Shown here piece after piece: positions 11,958 through 25,230 of a DNA stretch of 64,000 nt (positions are counted from its first letter, which is position 1; each line of letters starts with the position of its first letter). The notes under the pieces were generated by a model. That model ran no database searches and was not told the origin of the DNA. It saw only the letters and a program-made list of their open reading frames with translations. Source of the DNA: Felis catus (Eukaryota); the NCBI RefSeq assembly GCF_018350175.1, contig NC_058368.1, positions 37,636,001 to 37,700,000 on the forward strand, read 5' to 3'. A program made the position numbers and the translations under genes.

Positions 11958-12121
11958 AAGCAGGGGAGGGGCAGAGAGAGAAGTAGAGAGAGAGAATCCC
12001 AAGCAGACTCTTCACTGTCAGCATGGAGCCAGACACAGAGCTTGATCCCAGGAAATATGAGATCATGACCTGAGCTGACATTTAAGTGGATACTTAACCA
12101 ACTCAGCCACCCAGGCACACC
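11891..12121 (-). mobile_element. CAN-SINE
   Basis: T-tail, long (AG)n, SINE head. Confidence 0.9.
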
Positions 12122-12144
12122 TCCTCCCAAAATATTTTTTGGTA

Positions 12145-12632
12145 CTGTGATGTTAACATTCTTCCATCAAATGTTGGGATATACTTTTGAATCTTGGTGG
12201 ACCTTTGCAACTAAAACCAATACAGTGATGCTGCTTAATTTCCAAGGCTAGATTATAAATGGATACATAGCTTCCATAGCTTCCAAACAACTCTCTTTTA
12301 TCTCAGGTAGCTTTCCCCTGTAACATAATTACCATGCTGGGAGGAAGATCTGGTTATATAGAGAGATCACATGTGGGTGTTCTGCCTGACAGTCTTAGCC
12401 AGGTAACTGACTTCAGGTAACTCTCAACATCCTTTGACAACATGTGAATGAATGAGATTATTCCAGGTCCAGCCTTCATGTAACACACCTGAGCCATTGG
12501 CTTTGTCCAGCAAATAGAAACCATTTCCATATGACCTCTGTGAATGACAGCCTATGGAAATGAGAGACAAAGAAAGCTTATTTTTGTTTTAGTCACTAGC
12601 TTATTTGTTTCGTAGAAATGAATACCTAATAA
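12145..12632 (+). mobile_element. Old MLT1-type MaLR LTR
   Basis: ccaaggctagattataa, ccatgctgggaggaag and agagatcacatgtgg; MLT1-like 3' end. Confidence 0.6.
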
Positions 12633-13543
12633 ATATGGAGTGAATAGTTTATGAAGTATATTTTTCTCCTTCTTTGTATTATACTTGATAAGATGTTTCT
12701 GGTTGATATATTTGGTGGTCAGCTACATTTGTAATTTTGAGATCAGAATTTTCTACAGCCTGAGCTCCAATCTTATGTATTTGTTGTGTGATGAATACAT
12801 CTACTTTTACATTTGATAACTTAAAAATCAATAATTCTAAAATTTAATTCATTATATTTACCATTTTTTTCAGTTCCAGAATTTCCCTAGTCCTGATAGC
12901 CAATTAAATGTTTTCTTAAACTAAATATGTATCAAGAATTTTCCTTCCTCTTTCATTATAGTGGCAATTACATGGTGTCAGCCCTTCATTATCTCTTGAA
13001 TAGATTTTGTTATTGTTCTGTCTTGAATCTCTGGCTTTGGTTTAGGTTTATCTTCCTAATCCACTTTTTTTCTCTAACGTCAGAGGAGTCCTAAAGTGCA
13101 AAGTTTTTCACTCTATTCCTTTCCTTAAAGTTCTTTATAGGCTCAATATCTACAAAGAATATTTCAAAGGCCTTTGCATTAAATTGTTTTTTAGAGAATA
13201 TTTTTCTTCTGATGTTGATATCTTCTCTCCACCTCCATAGTCTGAATTCTAAATTTGTGGAATCCAAATATAAACTAAGTCCTGATGGCAAACATTATTT
13301 ATTTCCCTTGAACTTATACTAAAGCATTTTGGCAAGTGGATCATTGGTGATTTCAGCATGCCCATTTTTTTTTAATTATATTTTTAAATGGCAAACTAAA
13401 TAATGAATAATGTACTTGAGAAATTTAACATGCAAAAATTTTTATAATATAAAGTTACATTTTGAACTTATTTCAAGTTGATTGGGAATATCTAATTAAC
13501 TAAACATTCTCATGAAGCTAAAGTGCACAATTAACAGACAAAT

Positions 13544-13912
13544 TGTGTTAGCTTAGGCCACTATACCAAAATATCATGGACTGGGTGGCTTAAACAATAA
13601 AATTTTAGTTTCTCACAGTTCTGGAGACTGGAAGTACAAGATTAAGGTTCCAGTCAATTCAGATTTGGGTGAGGGCTCTCTTCTTGGCTTGTGGATGGCC
13701 ATATTCTGCCTATGTCCTCGCATGACCTTTCTAGAGCCCTCTTATGTCTGTTCTTATAGGAACACTAATTCTATCATACTAAGGTTTCATTCTTATGATC
13801 TCATTCAGCCTTAATTACTTCCTTAGTGGTCCTGTCCTCAAATATAGCTACACTGGGTGTTAGGGCTCCAGCATATGAATTTTGAAGTGGACACAAACAT
13901 TCACTCCAAACA
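13544..13912 (-). mobile_element. MLT1A-like MaLR LTR
   Basis: gactgggtggcttaaacaa...tctcacagttctggag...acacaaacattcactcc. Confidence 0.85.
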
Positions 13913-16794
13913 CGGGTCTTACTTTTTTTTTTTTTTAAGTGTGACTCAAAGGTTCTCTATCACAATCTCCTTTCTTTCTTTGTAACAAACTGATTCATGC
14001 TTCTAAAGACCTTGCTTTCCACTTTCACTTCTTCTTTTGGTTATGGCAAAATCTACTGGATCAACTGACAGTATGAATAGATTTTTTGGATCTCTGAAAC
14101 AGGAGAGCAATTATGTTCTTGATGTAGAGGATTTTGTAATGTTTCAGGCTCCGTTCTATATACTACTGTATACTTTCTATATATTCCTCTACAATGTTAC
14201 TTATGGTCCCCACCCTTACCTAGACATATGTTTATTACCTACTGAATAGGCTTATTTATTATGCCAAACCTCTGAAGTTATATACTAGTGATTAAAAAAA
14301 AAGTTCCTGCACTAGTAAATAGTTCTTTCCAGTAATTATACCTCTAACCATTTGTCTTAATATCTATCTGATGTCACATATGCTAATTAGGAAAATTGAA
14401 TGTTACAATTATTTGTAAGTTAGTCTTAGACTTCAAGTAATATTAATAGAGTATGGCATTTTTAAAAATTAAACGGCCATCATGTCTAGACAAAATAATT
14501 TTTGAAAGTAGTATTTTAGGCCTGCTTTTTAAAAATACACGTATATCTTGTTATATCTCTTTTATACTAAATTCAGTGAATCCCTGTTAAATCCTACAAT
14601 GAGAATTGTTATTTGAGTTGATGAGGATTAGTTAAGATTTGTTTATTTTTTTATGTAAATTAGTTGACACCCTGGAAATTATGTAAGTCAATTGCTTCAT
14701 AAATCATGTTACTGCCTTCTGAAGCAAGTAGTAACTGTGATCTCTTTCACTTTTGGATAGGTTGGTGTCTGAAGGGAAAAAATACATTATCATTTCAAGT
14801 ATCTACTTGATCTTATCTCTGAGGTCAGTTTGTCTATTTTGTTCTTTCTGTAATTAAAACAATAGCACTTCATGCACAATTTACTACCATACTACAGAAC
14901 CATACTGAAACTAGTTGCAGTGTTTTGCTTAATTTTTTCTTCTTTGCCTGAATAATTTTTAATTATAATAAGAAAACTATTAAAGGCTCAAATAAAGTTT
15001 TATATGTACAAAGTATGTCTTTGAGCATATTATCCTTCCTAATATTACCACAGAAGTCTTACCAAATGTTTAGAATCCAGGTAGGTTGGAACCTGACTTG
15101 ATATTTTTAATTGCTTGCCACCTAAAACACGATGACACTAAGTTGCTTTTTAATATTTGTTGTGGTAAATATAGGAGCTATTTTTAATGTGCCTTTGCAA
15201 TGGATAGATTTTAACTAATTTACCCTGTAACTATAAGCTTATAGTATCAATTGAAGTTGGAAATTATATGGCTTTAGTGACTGTGTCCCAAACTGGTAAC
15301 AAGTTGCAGATAATCCTTTTTCACCAACTACTCCCTTAAAACAATCCTAAAAATTCTAAATACTTAAGATTTCTGAAGACTCCAGCTGAGTGAATAGTAA
15401 GAACAGATGGTCTCTTTAACAATAGGGAAAAAAAGGTTATAATAAATAAAGATTTGAGGAAATTTGTTTTATAAATTATTAATGATAAAGTTTTCATTCA
15501 AATGAATTGAGTATCAAATTTTCTGCTGTTGGATTTCAGTTGAGTTCGTTTTCTCTTGCTCTCTTCTGTAAGTTTATTTACATTGTATAGTAGTTTCAGT
15601 CCTTTGTGCTGTCTCTTCACAACAAACCCTAAAATAATATGTAAATTATATTATGTGATATAACTGAAACTTTTAAAACCTTCAGGAAGAAAAGCAATTT
15701 TTTTTTTATTCTTGAAGTAACTTAGTCTTTCAGAAAGACTAAAAACAAATTCCTATTCACAATATGTTCATCGTCTTCTACATTTTCTTTTGGTGCTTTT
15801 CTTTTATGGAGAGCTAGCCTAGCAAATCAATGGCCTCTTCTATGTGTGCATTAAAATTTTTTTGAGATGCCTCTTGCCTTGTCATTGTATAGCTACTATC
15901 ATTAGTTACAAAAAATATAATTTACTTTGTTTTTTATTCTCTTTTCCTAACCACATTAACCTTTTTGTCCATTCTCTCAAAAGCAACCACTGTCATGTGA
16001 TTGAATTAATGTGTATTCTTTTGTAATTTTTATATACTATGAATTATATACTTTATACAATTTTTGAATGGTTTTAGTATACAAAAAGCGATATTTCTGC
16101 TGCTGCTGTTGTTGTTGCCGCTGAACAAGCGGTTTTAATCTGCCTGTATTACTGTGTGCATCTAGTTCATTGCTTTAATCGTCTGCAAAGCGTTCCATGG
16201 CATATATAGACCACATTGCACTTATATCCCCTGCTTAGTGATGGACACTTAGCTCTTCTCCACTTTCCTATTACAAAAGCAATGCAACAATGAACAACTA
16301 AATGTGTATCCCATTAAAGACCTGTCAAGCATTTCACAAGGATTTTATTCCCAGGAGAAAGATTGGTGTTACAGGATATAGAAATGAACAACTTCACACT
16401 AGTTTTCTGGAGGACTGAACTATTTGTTCCTATTTCTTCTACCTTCATTCCAGTAATTGGCATTAGAAAACTTAATTTTTTTTTTACTAATTTCTTGAAT
16501 AAGATCTGGATCTATGTTGGTTTAGTTGGGTTTTTTTTAATATATTTTTTAATGTTTATTTTATTTTTTTTCAATATATGAAATTTATTGTCAAATTGGT
16601 TTCCATACAACACCCACTGCTCATCCCAAAAGATGCCCTCCTCAGTACCCATCACCCACCCTCCCCTCCCTTCCACCCCCCATCAACCCTCAGTTTGTTC
16701 TCAGTTTTTAAGAGTCTCTTATGCTTTGGCTCTCTCCCACTCTAACCTCTTTTTTTTTTTCCTTCCCCTCCTCCATGGGTTTCTGTTGAGTTTC

Positions 16795-19700
16795 TCAGGA
16801 TCCACATAAGAGTGAAAACATATGGTATCTGTCTTTCTCTGTATGGCTTATTTCACTTAGCATCACACTCTCCAGTTCCATCCACGTTGCTACAAAAGGC
16901 CATGTTTCATTCTTTCTCATTGCCATGTAGTACTCCATTGTGTATATAAACCACAATTTCTTTATCCATTCATCAGTTGATGGACATTTAGGCTCTTTCC
17001 ACAATTTGGCTATTGTTGAGAGTGCTGCTATAAACATTGGGGTACAAGTGCCCCTATGCATCAGTACTCCTGTATCCCTTGGGTAAATTCCTAGCAGTGC
17101 TATTGCTGGGTCATAGGGTAGGTCTATTTTTAATTTTTTGAGGAACCTGCACACTGCTTTCCAGAGTGGCTGCACCACTTTGCATTCCCACCAACAGTGC
17201 AAGAGGGTTCCCATTTCTCCACATCCTCGCCAGCATCTATAGTCTCCTGATTTGTTCATTTTGGCCACTCTGACTGGCGTGAGGTGATATCTGAGTGTGG
17301 TTTTGATTTGTATTTCCCTGATGAGGAGCGACGTTGAGCATCTTTTCATGTGCCTGTTGGCCATCCGAATGTCTTCTTTAGAGAAGTGTCTATTCATGTT
17401 TTCTGCCCATTTCTTCACTGGGTTCTTTGTTTTTCGGGTGTGGAGTTTGGTGAGCTCTTTATAGATTTTGGATACTAGCCCTTTGTCTGATATGTCATTT
17501 GCAAATATCTTTTCCCATTCCGTTGGTTGCCTTTTAGTTTTGTTGGTTGTTTCCTTTGCTGTGCAGAAGATTTTTATTTTCATAAGGTCCCAGTAATTCA
17601 TTTTTGCTTTTAATTCCCTTGCCTTTGGGGATGTGTCGAGTAAGAGATTGCTACGGCTGAGGTCAGAGAGGTCTTTTCCTGCTTTCTCCTCTAAGGTTTT
17701 GATGGTTTCCTGTCTCACATTCAGGTCCTTTATCCATTTTGAGTTTATTTTTGTGAATGGTGTAAGGAAGTGGTCTAGTTTCAACTTTCTGCATGTTGCT
17801 GTCCAGTTCTCCCAGCACCATTTGTTAAAGAGACTGTCTTTTTTCCATTGGATGTTCTTGCCTGCTTTGTCAAAGATGAGTTGGCCATACGTTTGTGGGT
17901 CTAGTTCTGGGGTTTCTATTCTATTCCATTGGTCTATGTGTCTGTTTCTGTGCCAATACCATGCTGTCTTGATGATGACAGCTTTGTAGTAGAGGCTAAA
18001 GTCTGGGATTGTGATGCCTCCTGCTTTGGTCTTCGTCTTCAAAATTACTTTGGCTATTCGGGGCCTTTTGTGGTTCCATATGAATTTTAGGATTGCTTGT
18101 TCTAGCTTCGAGAAGAATGCTGGTGCAATTTTGATTGGGATTTCATTGAATATGTAGATAGCTTTGGGTAGTATTGACATTTTGACAATATTTATTCTTC
18201 CAATCCATGAGCAGGGAATGTCTTTCCATTTCTTTATATCTTCTTCAATTACCTTCATAAGCTTTCTATAGTTTTCAGCATACAGATCTTTTACATCTTT
18301 GGTTAGATTTATTTCTAGGTATTTTATGCTTCTTGGTACAATTGTGAATGGGATCAGTTTCTTTATTTGTCTTTCTGTTGCTTCGTTGTTAGTGTATAAG
18401 AATGCAACTGATTTCTGTACATGGATTTTGTATCCTGAGACTTTGCTGAATTCCTGTATCAGTTCTAGCAGACTTTTGGTGGAGTCTATCAGATTTTCCA
18501 TGTATAATATCATGTCATCCGCAAAAAGCGAAAGCTTGACTTCATCTTTGCCGATTTTGATGCCTTTGATTTCCTTTTGTTGTCTGATTGCTGATGCTAG
18601 AACTTCCAACACTATGTTAAACAACAGCGGTGAGAGTGGGCATCCCTGTCGTGTTCCTGATTTCAGGGAAAAAGCTCTCAGTTTTTCCCCATTGAGGATG
18701 ATGTTCGCTGTGGGCTTTTCATAAATGGCTTTTATGATGTTTAAGTATGTTCCTTCTATCCCGACTTTCTCAAGGGTTTTTATTAAGAAAGGGTGCTGGA
18801 TTTTGTCAAAGGCCTTTTCTGCATTGATTGACAGGATCATATGGTTCTTATATTTTCTTTTATTAATGTGATGTATCACGCTGATTGATTTGTGAATGTT
18901 GAACCAGCCCTGCATCCCAGGAATGAATACCACTTGATCATGGTGAATAATTCTTTTTATATGCTGTTGAATTCTATTTGCTAGTATCTTATTGAGAATT
19001 TTTACATCCATATTCATCAGGGATATTGGCCTGTAGTTCTCTTTTTATTACTGAGTCTCTGTCTGGTTTAGGAATCAAAGTAATACTGGCTTCATAGAAT
19101 GAGTCTGGAAGTTTTCCTTCCCTTTCTATTTCTTGGGATAGCTTGAGAAGGATAGGTATTATCTCTGCTTTAAACATCTGGTAGAACTCCCCTGGGAAGC
19201 CATCTGGTCCTGGACTCTTATTTGTTGGGAGATTTTTGATAACCGATTCAATTTCTTCGCTGGTTATGGGTCTTGTCAAGCTTTCTACTTCCTCTTGATT
19301 GAGTTTTGGAGGAGTGTGGGTGTTTAGGAATTTGTCCATTTCTTCCAGGTTGTCCAATTTGTTGGCATATAATTTTTCATAGTATTCCCTGATAATTGTT
19401 TGTATCTCTGAGGAATTGGTTGTAACAATTCCATTTTCATTCATGATTTTATCTATTTGGGTCATCTCCCTTTTCTTTTTGAGAAGCCTGGCTAGAGGTT
19501 TGTCAATTTTGTTAATTTTTTCAAAACACCAACTCTTGGTTTCGTTGATCTGCTCTACAGTTTTTTAGATTCTATATTGTTTATTTCTGCTCTGATCGTT
19601 ATTATTTCTCTTCTTCTGCTGGGTTTAGGCTGCCTTTGCTGTTCTGCTTCTATTTCATTTAGGTGTGCTGTTAGATTTTGTCTTTGGGATTTTTCTTGTT

Positions 19701-20617
19701 TCTTGAGATAGGCCTGGATTGCAATGTATTTTCCTCTCAGGACTGCCTTCGCTGCATCCCAAAGCGTTTGGATTGTTGTATTTTCATTTTCGTTTGTTTC
19801 CATATATTTTTTAATTTCTTCTCTAATTGCCTGGTTGACCCACTCATTCTTTAGTAGGGTGTTCTTTAACCTCCATGCTTTTGGAGGTTTTCCAGACTTT
19901 TTCCTGTGGTTGATTTCAAGCTTCATAGCATTGTGGTCTGAAAGTATGCATGGTATAATTTCAATTCTTGTATACTTATGAAGGGCTGTTTTGTGACCCA
20001 GTATATGATCTATCTAGGTGAATGTTCCATGTGCACTCGAGAAGAAAGTATATTCTGCTGCTTTGGGATGCAGAGTTCTAAATATATCTGTCAAGTCCAT
20101 CAGATCCAATGTGTCATTCAGGGCCCTTGTTTCTTTATTGACCGTGTGTCTAGATGATCTATCCATTTCTGTAAGTGGAGTGTTAACGTCCCCTGCAGTT
20201 ACACATTCTTATCAATAAGGTTGCTCATGTTTATGAGTAATTGTTTTATATATTTGGGGGCTCCAGTATTCAGCGCATAGACATTTATAATTGTTAGCTC
20301 TTCCTGATGGATAGACCCTGTAATTATTATATAATGCCCTTCTTCATCTCTTGTTACAGCCTTAATTTAAAGTCTAATTTGTCTGATATAAGTGTGGCTA
20401 CTCCAGCTTTCTTTTGGCTTCCAGTAGCATGGTAAATAGTTCTCCATCCCCTCACTCTCAATCTAAAGGTGTCCTCAGATCTAAAATGAGTCTCTTGTAG
20501 ACAGCAAATAGATGGGTCTTGTTTTTTTATCCATTCTGATACCCTATGTCTTTTGGTTGGTGCATTTAATCCATTTACATACAGTGTTATTATAGAAAGA
20601 TAGGGGTTTAGAGTCAT
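16795..20617 (-). pseudogene. L1 ORF2 (endonuclease/reverse transcriptase), disrupted in its N-terminal part
   Basis: Starts MTLNPYLSIITL with the EN motif ICCLQETH and is broken into several ORFs. The last 740 codons (16795-19017) are open, with RT motifs [10 protein letters not shown] and LFADDM and the C-terminal CWRGC...HCWWEC. Confidence 0.95.
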
Positions 20618-20667
20618 TGTGATGTCTGTATGATTTATGCTTGTAGTGATGTCTCTGGTACTTTGTC

Positions 20668-21560
20668 TCACAGGATCCCCCTTAGGATCTCTTGTAGGGC
20701 TGGTTTAGTGGTGACAAATTCCTTCAGTTTTTGTTTGTTTGGGAAGACCTTTATCCCTCCTTCTATTCTAAATGACAGACTTGCTGGATAAAGGATTCTC
20801 GGCTGCATATTTTTTCTGTTCAGCACATTAAAGATCTCGTGCCAATACTTTCTGGCCTGCCAAGTTTCAAAAGAGAGATCAGTCACGAGTCTTATAGGTC
20901 TCCCTTTATATGTGAGGGCACATTTACCCCTTGCTGCTTTCAGAATTTTCTATTTATCCTTGTATTTTGCCAGTTTCTCTATGATATGTCATGCAGCAGA
21001 TCGATTCAAGTTACGTCTGAAGGGAGTTCTCTGTGCCTCTTGGATTTCAATGCCTTTTTCCTTCCCCAGTTCAGGGAAGTTCTCAGCTATTATTTTTCAA
21101 GTACCCCTTCAGCACCTTTCCCTCTCTCTTCTTCCTCTGGGATACCAATTATGCGTATATTATTTCTTTTTAGTGTATCACTTAGTTCTCTAATTTTCAC
21201 CTCATCCTCCTGGATTTTTTAATCTCTCTTTTTCTCAGCTTCCTCTTTTTCCATAGCTTTATCTTCTAGTTCACCTATTCTCTCTTCTGCCTCTTCAATC
21301 CAAGCTCTCGTCGTTTCCATTTTGTTTTGCATTTCGTTTAAAGCGTTTTTCAGCTCCTCCTGACTGTTCCTTAGTCCCTTGATCTCTGTAGCAAGAGATT
21401 CTCTGCTGTCCTGTATACTGTTTTCAAGCCCAGCAATTAATTTTATGACTATTATTCTAAATTCACTTTCTGTTATATTAGTTAAATCCTTTTTGATCAG
21501 TTCATTAGCTGTTGTTATTTCCTGGAGATTCTTCTGAGGGGAATTCTTCCGTTTGGTCAT
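20668..21560 (-). pseudogene. L1 ORF1, disrupted
   Basis: MTKRKNSPQKNLQE...KPALQEILRGIL. Nonsense codon at 21219-21221 and a net 1-nt frameshift before 20886. Confidence 0.93.
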
Positions 21561-22483
21561 TTTGGATAGTCCCTGAGACCTGCAGGGCACTTCCCCTGTG
21601 CTGTGGTGTATAACTGGAGTTGGTGGGCGGGGCCGCAGTCAGACCTGATGTCTGCCCCCAGTCCACCGCTGGGGCCACAGTCAGACTGGTGTGTGCCTTC
21701 TCTTCCCCTCTCCTAGGGGCGGGATTCACTGTGGGGTTGCGTGGCCCGTCTGGGCTACTTGCACACTGCCAGGCTTGTGATGCTGGGGATCTGGCGTATT
21801 AGCTGGGGTGGATAGGCAAGGTGCACGGGGGCAGGATGGGCAGGCTTAGCTCACTTCTCCTTCGGTGATCCACTTCAGGAGGGGCCCTGTCGCAGCGGGA
21901 GGGAGTCAGACCCGCTGCTGGAGGGGTGGCTCCGCAGAAGCACAGTGTTGGGTGTTTGCTCAGAGTGAGCAAGTTCCCTGTCAGGAACTGGTTCCCTTTG
22001 GGATTTTGGCTGGGGGATGGGCGAGGGAGATGGCACTGACGAGCGCCTTTGTTCCCCAACAAACTGAGCTCTGTCGTCTGGGGGCTCAGCAGCTCTCCCT
22101 CCCTTTGTCCTCCAGCCTTCCCGCTTTCCGAGCAGAGTTGTTAATTTATGACCTCCCAGATGCTAAGTCGCGCTTGCTGTCGGAACACAGTCCGTCAGGC
22201 CCCTCCGCTTTTGCAAGCCAGACCCGGGGGCTCTGCTTGGCCGGCAGGCCGCCCCTCGCCCCTGCTCCCTCCCGCCAGTCCGTGCAGCACGCACAGCCTC
22301 TCCTCCCTTCCTACCCTCTTCCGTGGGCCTCTCCTCTGTGCTTGGCTCCAGAGACTCCATTCTGCTAGTCTTCTGGCGTTTTTCTGGGTTATTTAGGCAG
22401 GTGTAGGTGGAATCTAAGTGATCAGCAGGACGCGCGGTGAACCCAGTGTCCTCCTACGCCACCATCTTCCGGTCCTCTACCAG

Positions 22484-22684
22484 TTTAATGTTTATTTTTG
22501 AGAGAGACAGAGACAGAATGCGAGTGGCTTAGGAGCAGAGAGAGGGAGATACAGAATCCAAAGTGGGCTCCAGCCTCTGAGCTGTCAGCACAGAGCCCAA
22601 CGTGGGGCTCGAACTCAACGAGCTGTGAGGTCATGACCTGAGCTGAAGTCAGATGCTCAACCGAGCGAGCCACCCAAGCGCCCC
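22484..22684 (-). mobile_element. CAN-SINE body; its tail remnant lies at about 16531-16562, displaced by the full-length L1
   Basis: SINE body follows the second L1 TSD. Degenerate outer TSD ttggtttagtt (about 16517) and ttgatttagtt (about 22690). Confidence 0.9.
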
Positions 22685-22966
22685 TAACATTGATTTAGTT
22701 TTTATTACTGATATTACTGATGAAAAGGAGCACCTCTTTTTGTATAATTACCCATTTCGGTTTTCTTTCTGTTGATTATCTGTTTATATCCCTTGCAATT
22801 TTTTCCAGTTTACTTTTGTTGTTGTTCATTTTAGGATGTCATGTCATCACATCTTCTGGATTTTGTTCTTTTTAGTTTCAGTGTTACAAATATCTTTGCT
22901 TAGTCTTTAATTTTCCAGTGTCCTTCATCAACCAAATTTTGACCTTTTAAAACTAATCACAATTAC

Positions 22967-23632
22967 TGTCAAAGAAAAACCGAATTGGGGCAGTAGATAG
23001 AGCAGTTACAAACAGTTTTTACTTAGGACCTATTGCAATATGGGTAAAGACATCTCAGTATAGAACTGGGCTCTAGTCTGAATTACAACAAGGAAAAATG
23101 GGGATTTATTGCCAAGGAACAGGATAGGGAGTTGGTGGATGGAAAATTAGAAGGAAACATCAGGCATAAGAGGAGATTCTAGCTAGCTAGAGCTCACAAG
23201 GTCTTGCTGAAAGCAGGTCAGGGTATATTATATATTATATATTATATAATATATATAATATATTAATTGCATATTAATTATATTAGTATATTATATATTA
23301 ATATATAATTATATACTAACTATATCAATTAATGTATTATATATTAATATATAATCATATATTAATTATGTTAATTAATATATAATTGTATATTAATTAT
23401 AAATATATATAATCACATATTGCCTAGAAGATGCCAAAGGATAAGAAATTTGATCAGATATTGAGGGTAGTCAGGTATTAAGGGGGGAAGGATTCTTGCT
23501 AAATTGACTTATCAAGATTCTTGCTAAATTTGGGCAATGCTAAAACAGAAAAAGAAGTACAAAAGTACAGCCTAACAGAGCAGAGAGCTCAATGAAGCTT
23601 GACTAAAATTTGGTCAAGGATAGAATCGGTCA
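22967..23632. mobile_element. Old ERV1-type solo LTR (MER31/MER67-like) with internal AT-rich expansion at 23224-23420
   Basis: TG...CA termini, near-TSD ttac/atac, motif ctcagtatagaactgggct...aaggaaaaatggggatttattgccaagg. Confidence 0.65.
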
Positions 23633-23639
23633 ATACCAA

Positions 23640-25230
23640 TGTTTTCACGTTGGTGAGTATTGTTTTGAGAATTCTCATCTTTAGGCTAAAAATGTATTTT
23701 CTAGTATTTCCTTTCATTAGATTTTAATTTTACTTTACAGTTTTTTAAATCTATTTGGATCAATAAGATAGAAATCAAATTCTTCATGTTGATGGATCTT
23801 CTAAAAACAAAAAAAATACAACAAAACAAACTAAAAAGTGATTAAATAGTTCATTTATCCTTATTCATTTGCAGTTTTGATCATATATCAAGTTCCTTTC
23901 CATGTAAAGTTGTGTCTGGGTTCTCTGTTCTTTTCCATTGTTTTGTTTGTTTATTCCTATGCCAGTATCATATTTTTATAATTACAATGTATTTTTAGCA
24001 TATCATTATATTTAATAAGCAAACTCCAATCTTTAATTTTCTTTTCAAAAATATTTGAATACATTTAATTCTCCTATATACATTCTTTGAAATTATAAAA
24101 AACAGAACTGTGTGCAAATCGTAGTGTAGTGCACGCTTAATTTTCAGAAACTCAAAACTCACCAATACAACCAGCTACAAGATTGATGATATTACCTTTA
24201 TCCCAGAAGTCGGCTTCAAATTTCCTCTAGTCACTACCTGGTCCTCCATTTCCAAATGTAATAATATCCTTGCTTCTAGAATCGTAGATTACTTTTGCAT
24301 GGATTTTAACCTTGTAAACTTTGACTCATATACTACATATTCTTCTATGACTGATTTTTTTCTTTTCTACTCCAAGTACTGTTTTTGAGACTCATCCAGT
24401 ATTGATGGACATAGTTGAAGTTTCTTCATTCACATTGTTATATAGTATTTCATGTAAGAATACGTCATAATTGATTTATTTTGTTGCTGTGCATTTAGGT
24501 GGTTTCTATTTTGACTGCTATATACTGCTACCCTGAATCTTTTAATACACGTTTTTTGTGTGAATATGTGCATACATTTTTGTTGGATGAATAACCTAGG
24601 AATGGTTGGTCACAACAAGGCATTTTTTTAAAAAATATTTTAACATTCATTTCTGAGAGATGGAGAGAAACAGAGAGCATGAGTGGGGGAGGGGCAGAGA
24701 GAGAGGGAAACAGAATCTGAATCAGCAGGCTCCAGGCTGCTGGCTGTCAGCACAGAGCCGGATGCGGGGCTGGAACCCACAGACCGAGAGATCATGACCT
24801 GAGCCAAAGTCGGACGCTTAACCGACTGAGCCACCCAGGAGCTCCAACATAGGCATATTTTTACATATATTAGATAATTTTTAACATTCTTATACCAATT
24901 TATAGAAATTATGAGACTTCCATTTCTTCTTCATTGTTGCAAACATCTGATACGTTCCGCCTGGATGGGATATTTGGTGTCTCACTGTGATTTTCATTGT
25001 CAATACCCTGAACACCAATGATGTTGAGGACATTTTCATGTTTAATTACTCATGGGATGTCCTCTTTCTTTATGAAGTGTCTTTCGTAAGATTTTGTTCA
25101 CTTTGGGAGTGGTGGTGTTTCTTTGTTCCGTTACTGATTTGAGTACTTTATTGATAGCTTTTCTTTTCAGTCCTTTAAAAGTATCTTCTGATGAATGTAC
25201 ATTATTAATTTTGATCTAGTCAATTTTGAT
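23640..25230 (-). mobile_element. Ancient L1 (L1MC/ME-like) fragments
   Basis: Degenerate antisense L1 motifs (ttttgagactcatcca; ctcactgtgattttcattg; ttaattttgatctagtcaa). Confidence 0.55.
24628..24844 (-). mobile_element. CAN-SINE
   Basis: Typical body; imperfect TSD caaca(t)aggcat. Confidence 0.92.

Larger units (their letters stand above)
16563..22483 (-). mobile_element. Full-length (about 5.9 kb) felid LINE-1, inactivated
   Basis: CpG-rich 5'UTR (about 21560-22480) with YY1-like aagatggtgg, ORF1, ORF2, 3'UTR and tail. 15-bp TSD tttaatgtttatttt at 16548-16562 and 22484-22498. Confidence 0.98.

Noticed and set aside
17633..18724. Plus-strand ORFs of 118 and 141 aa
   Set aside because: Antisense frames of L1 ORF2.
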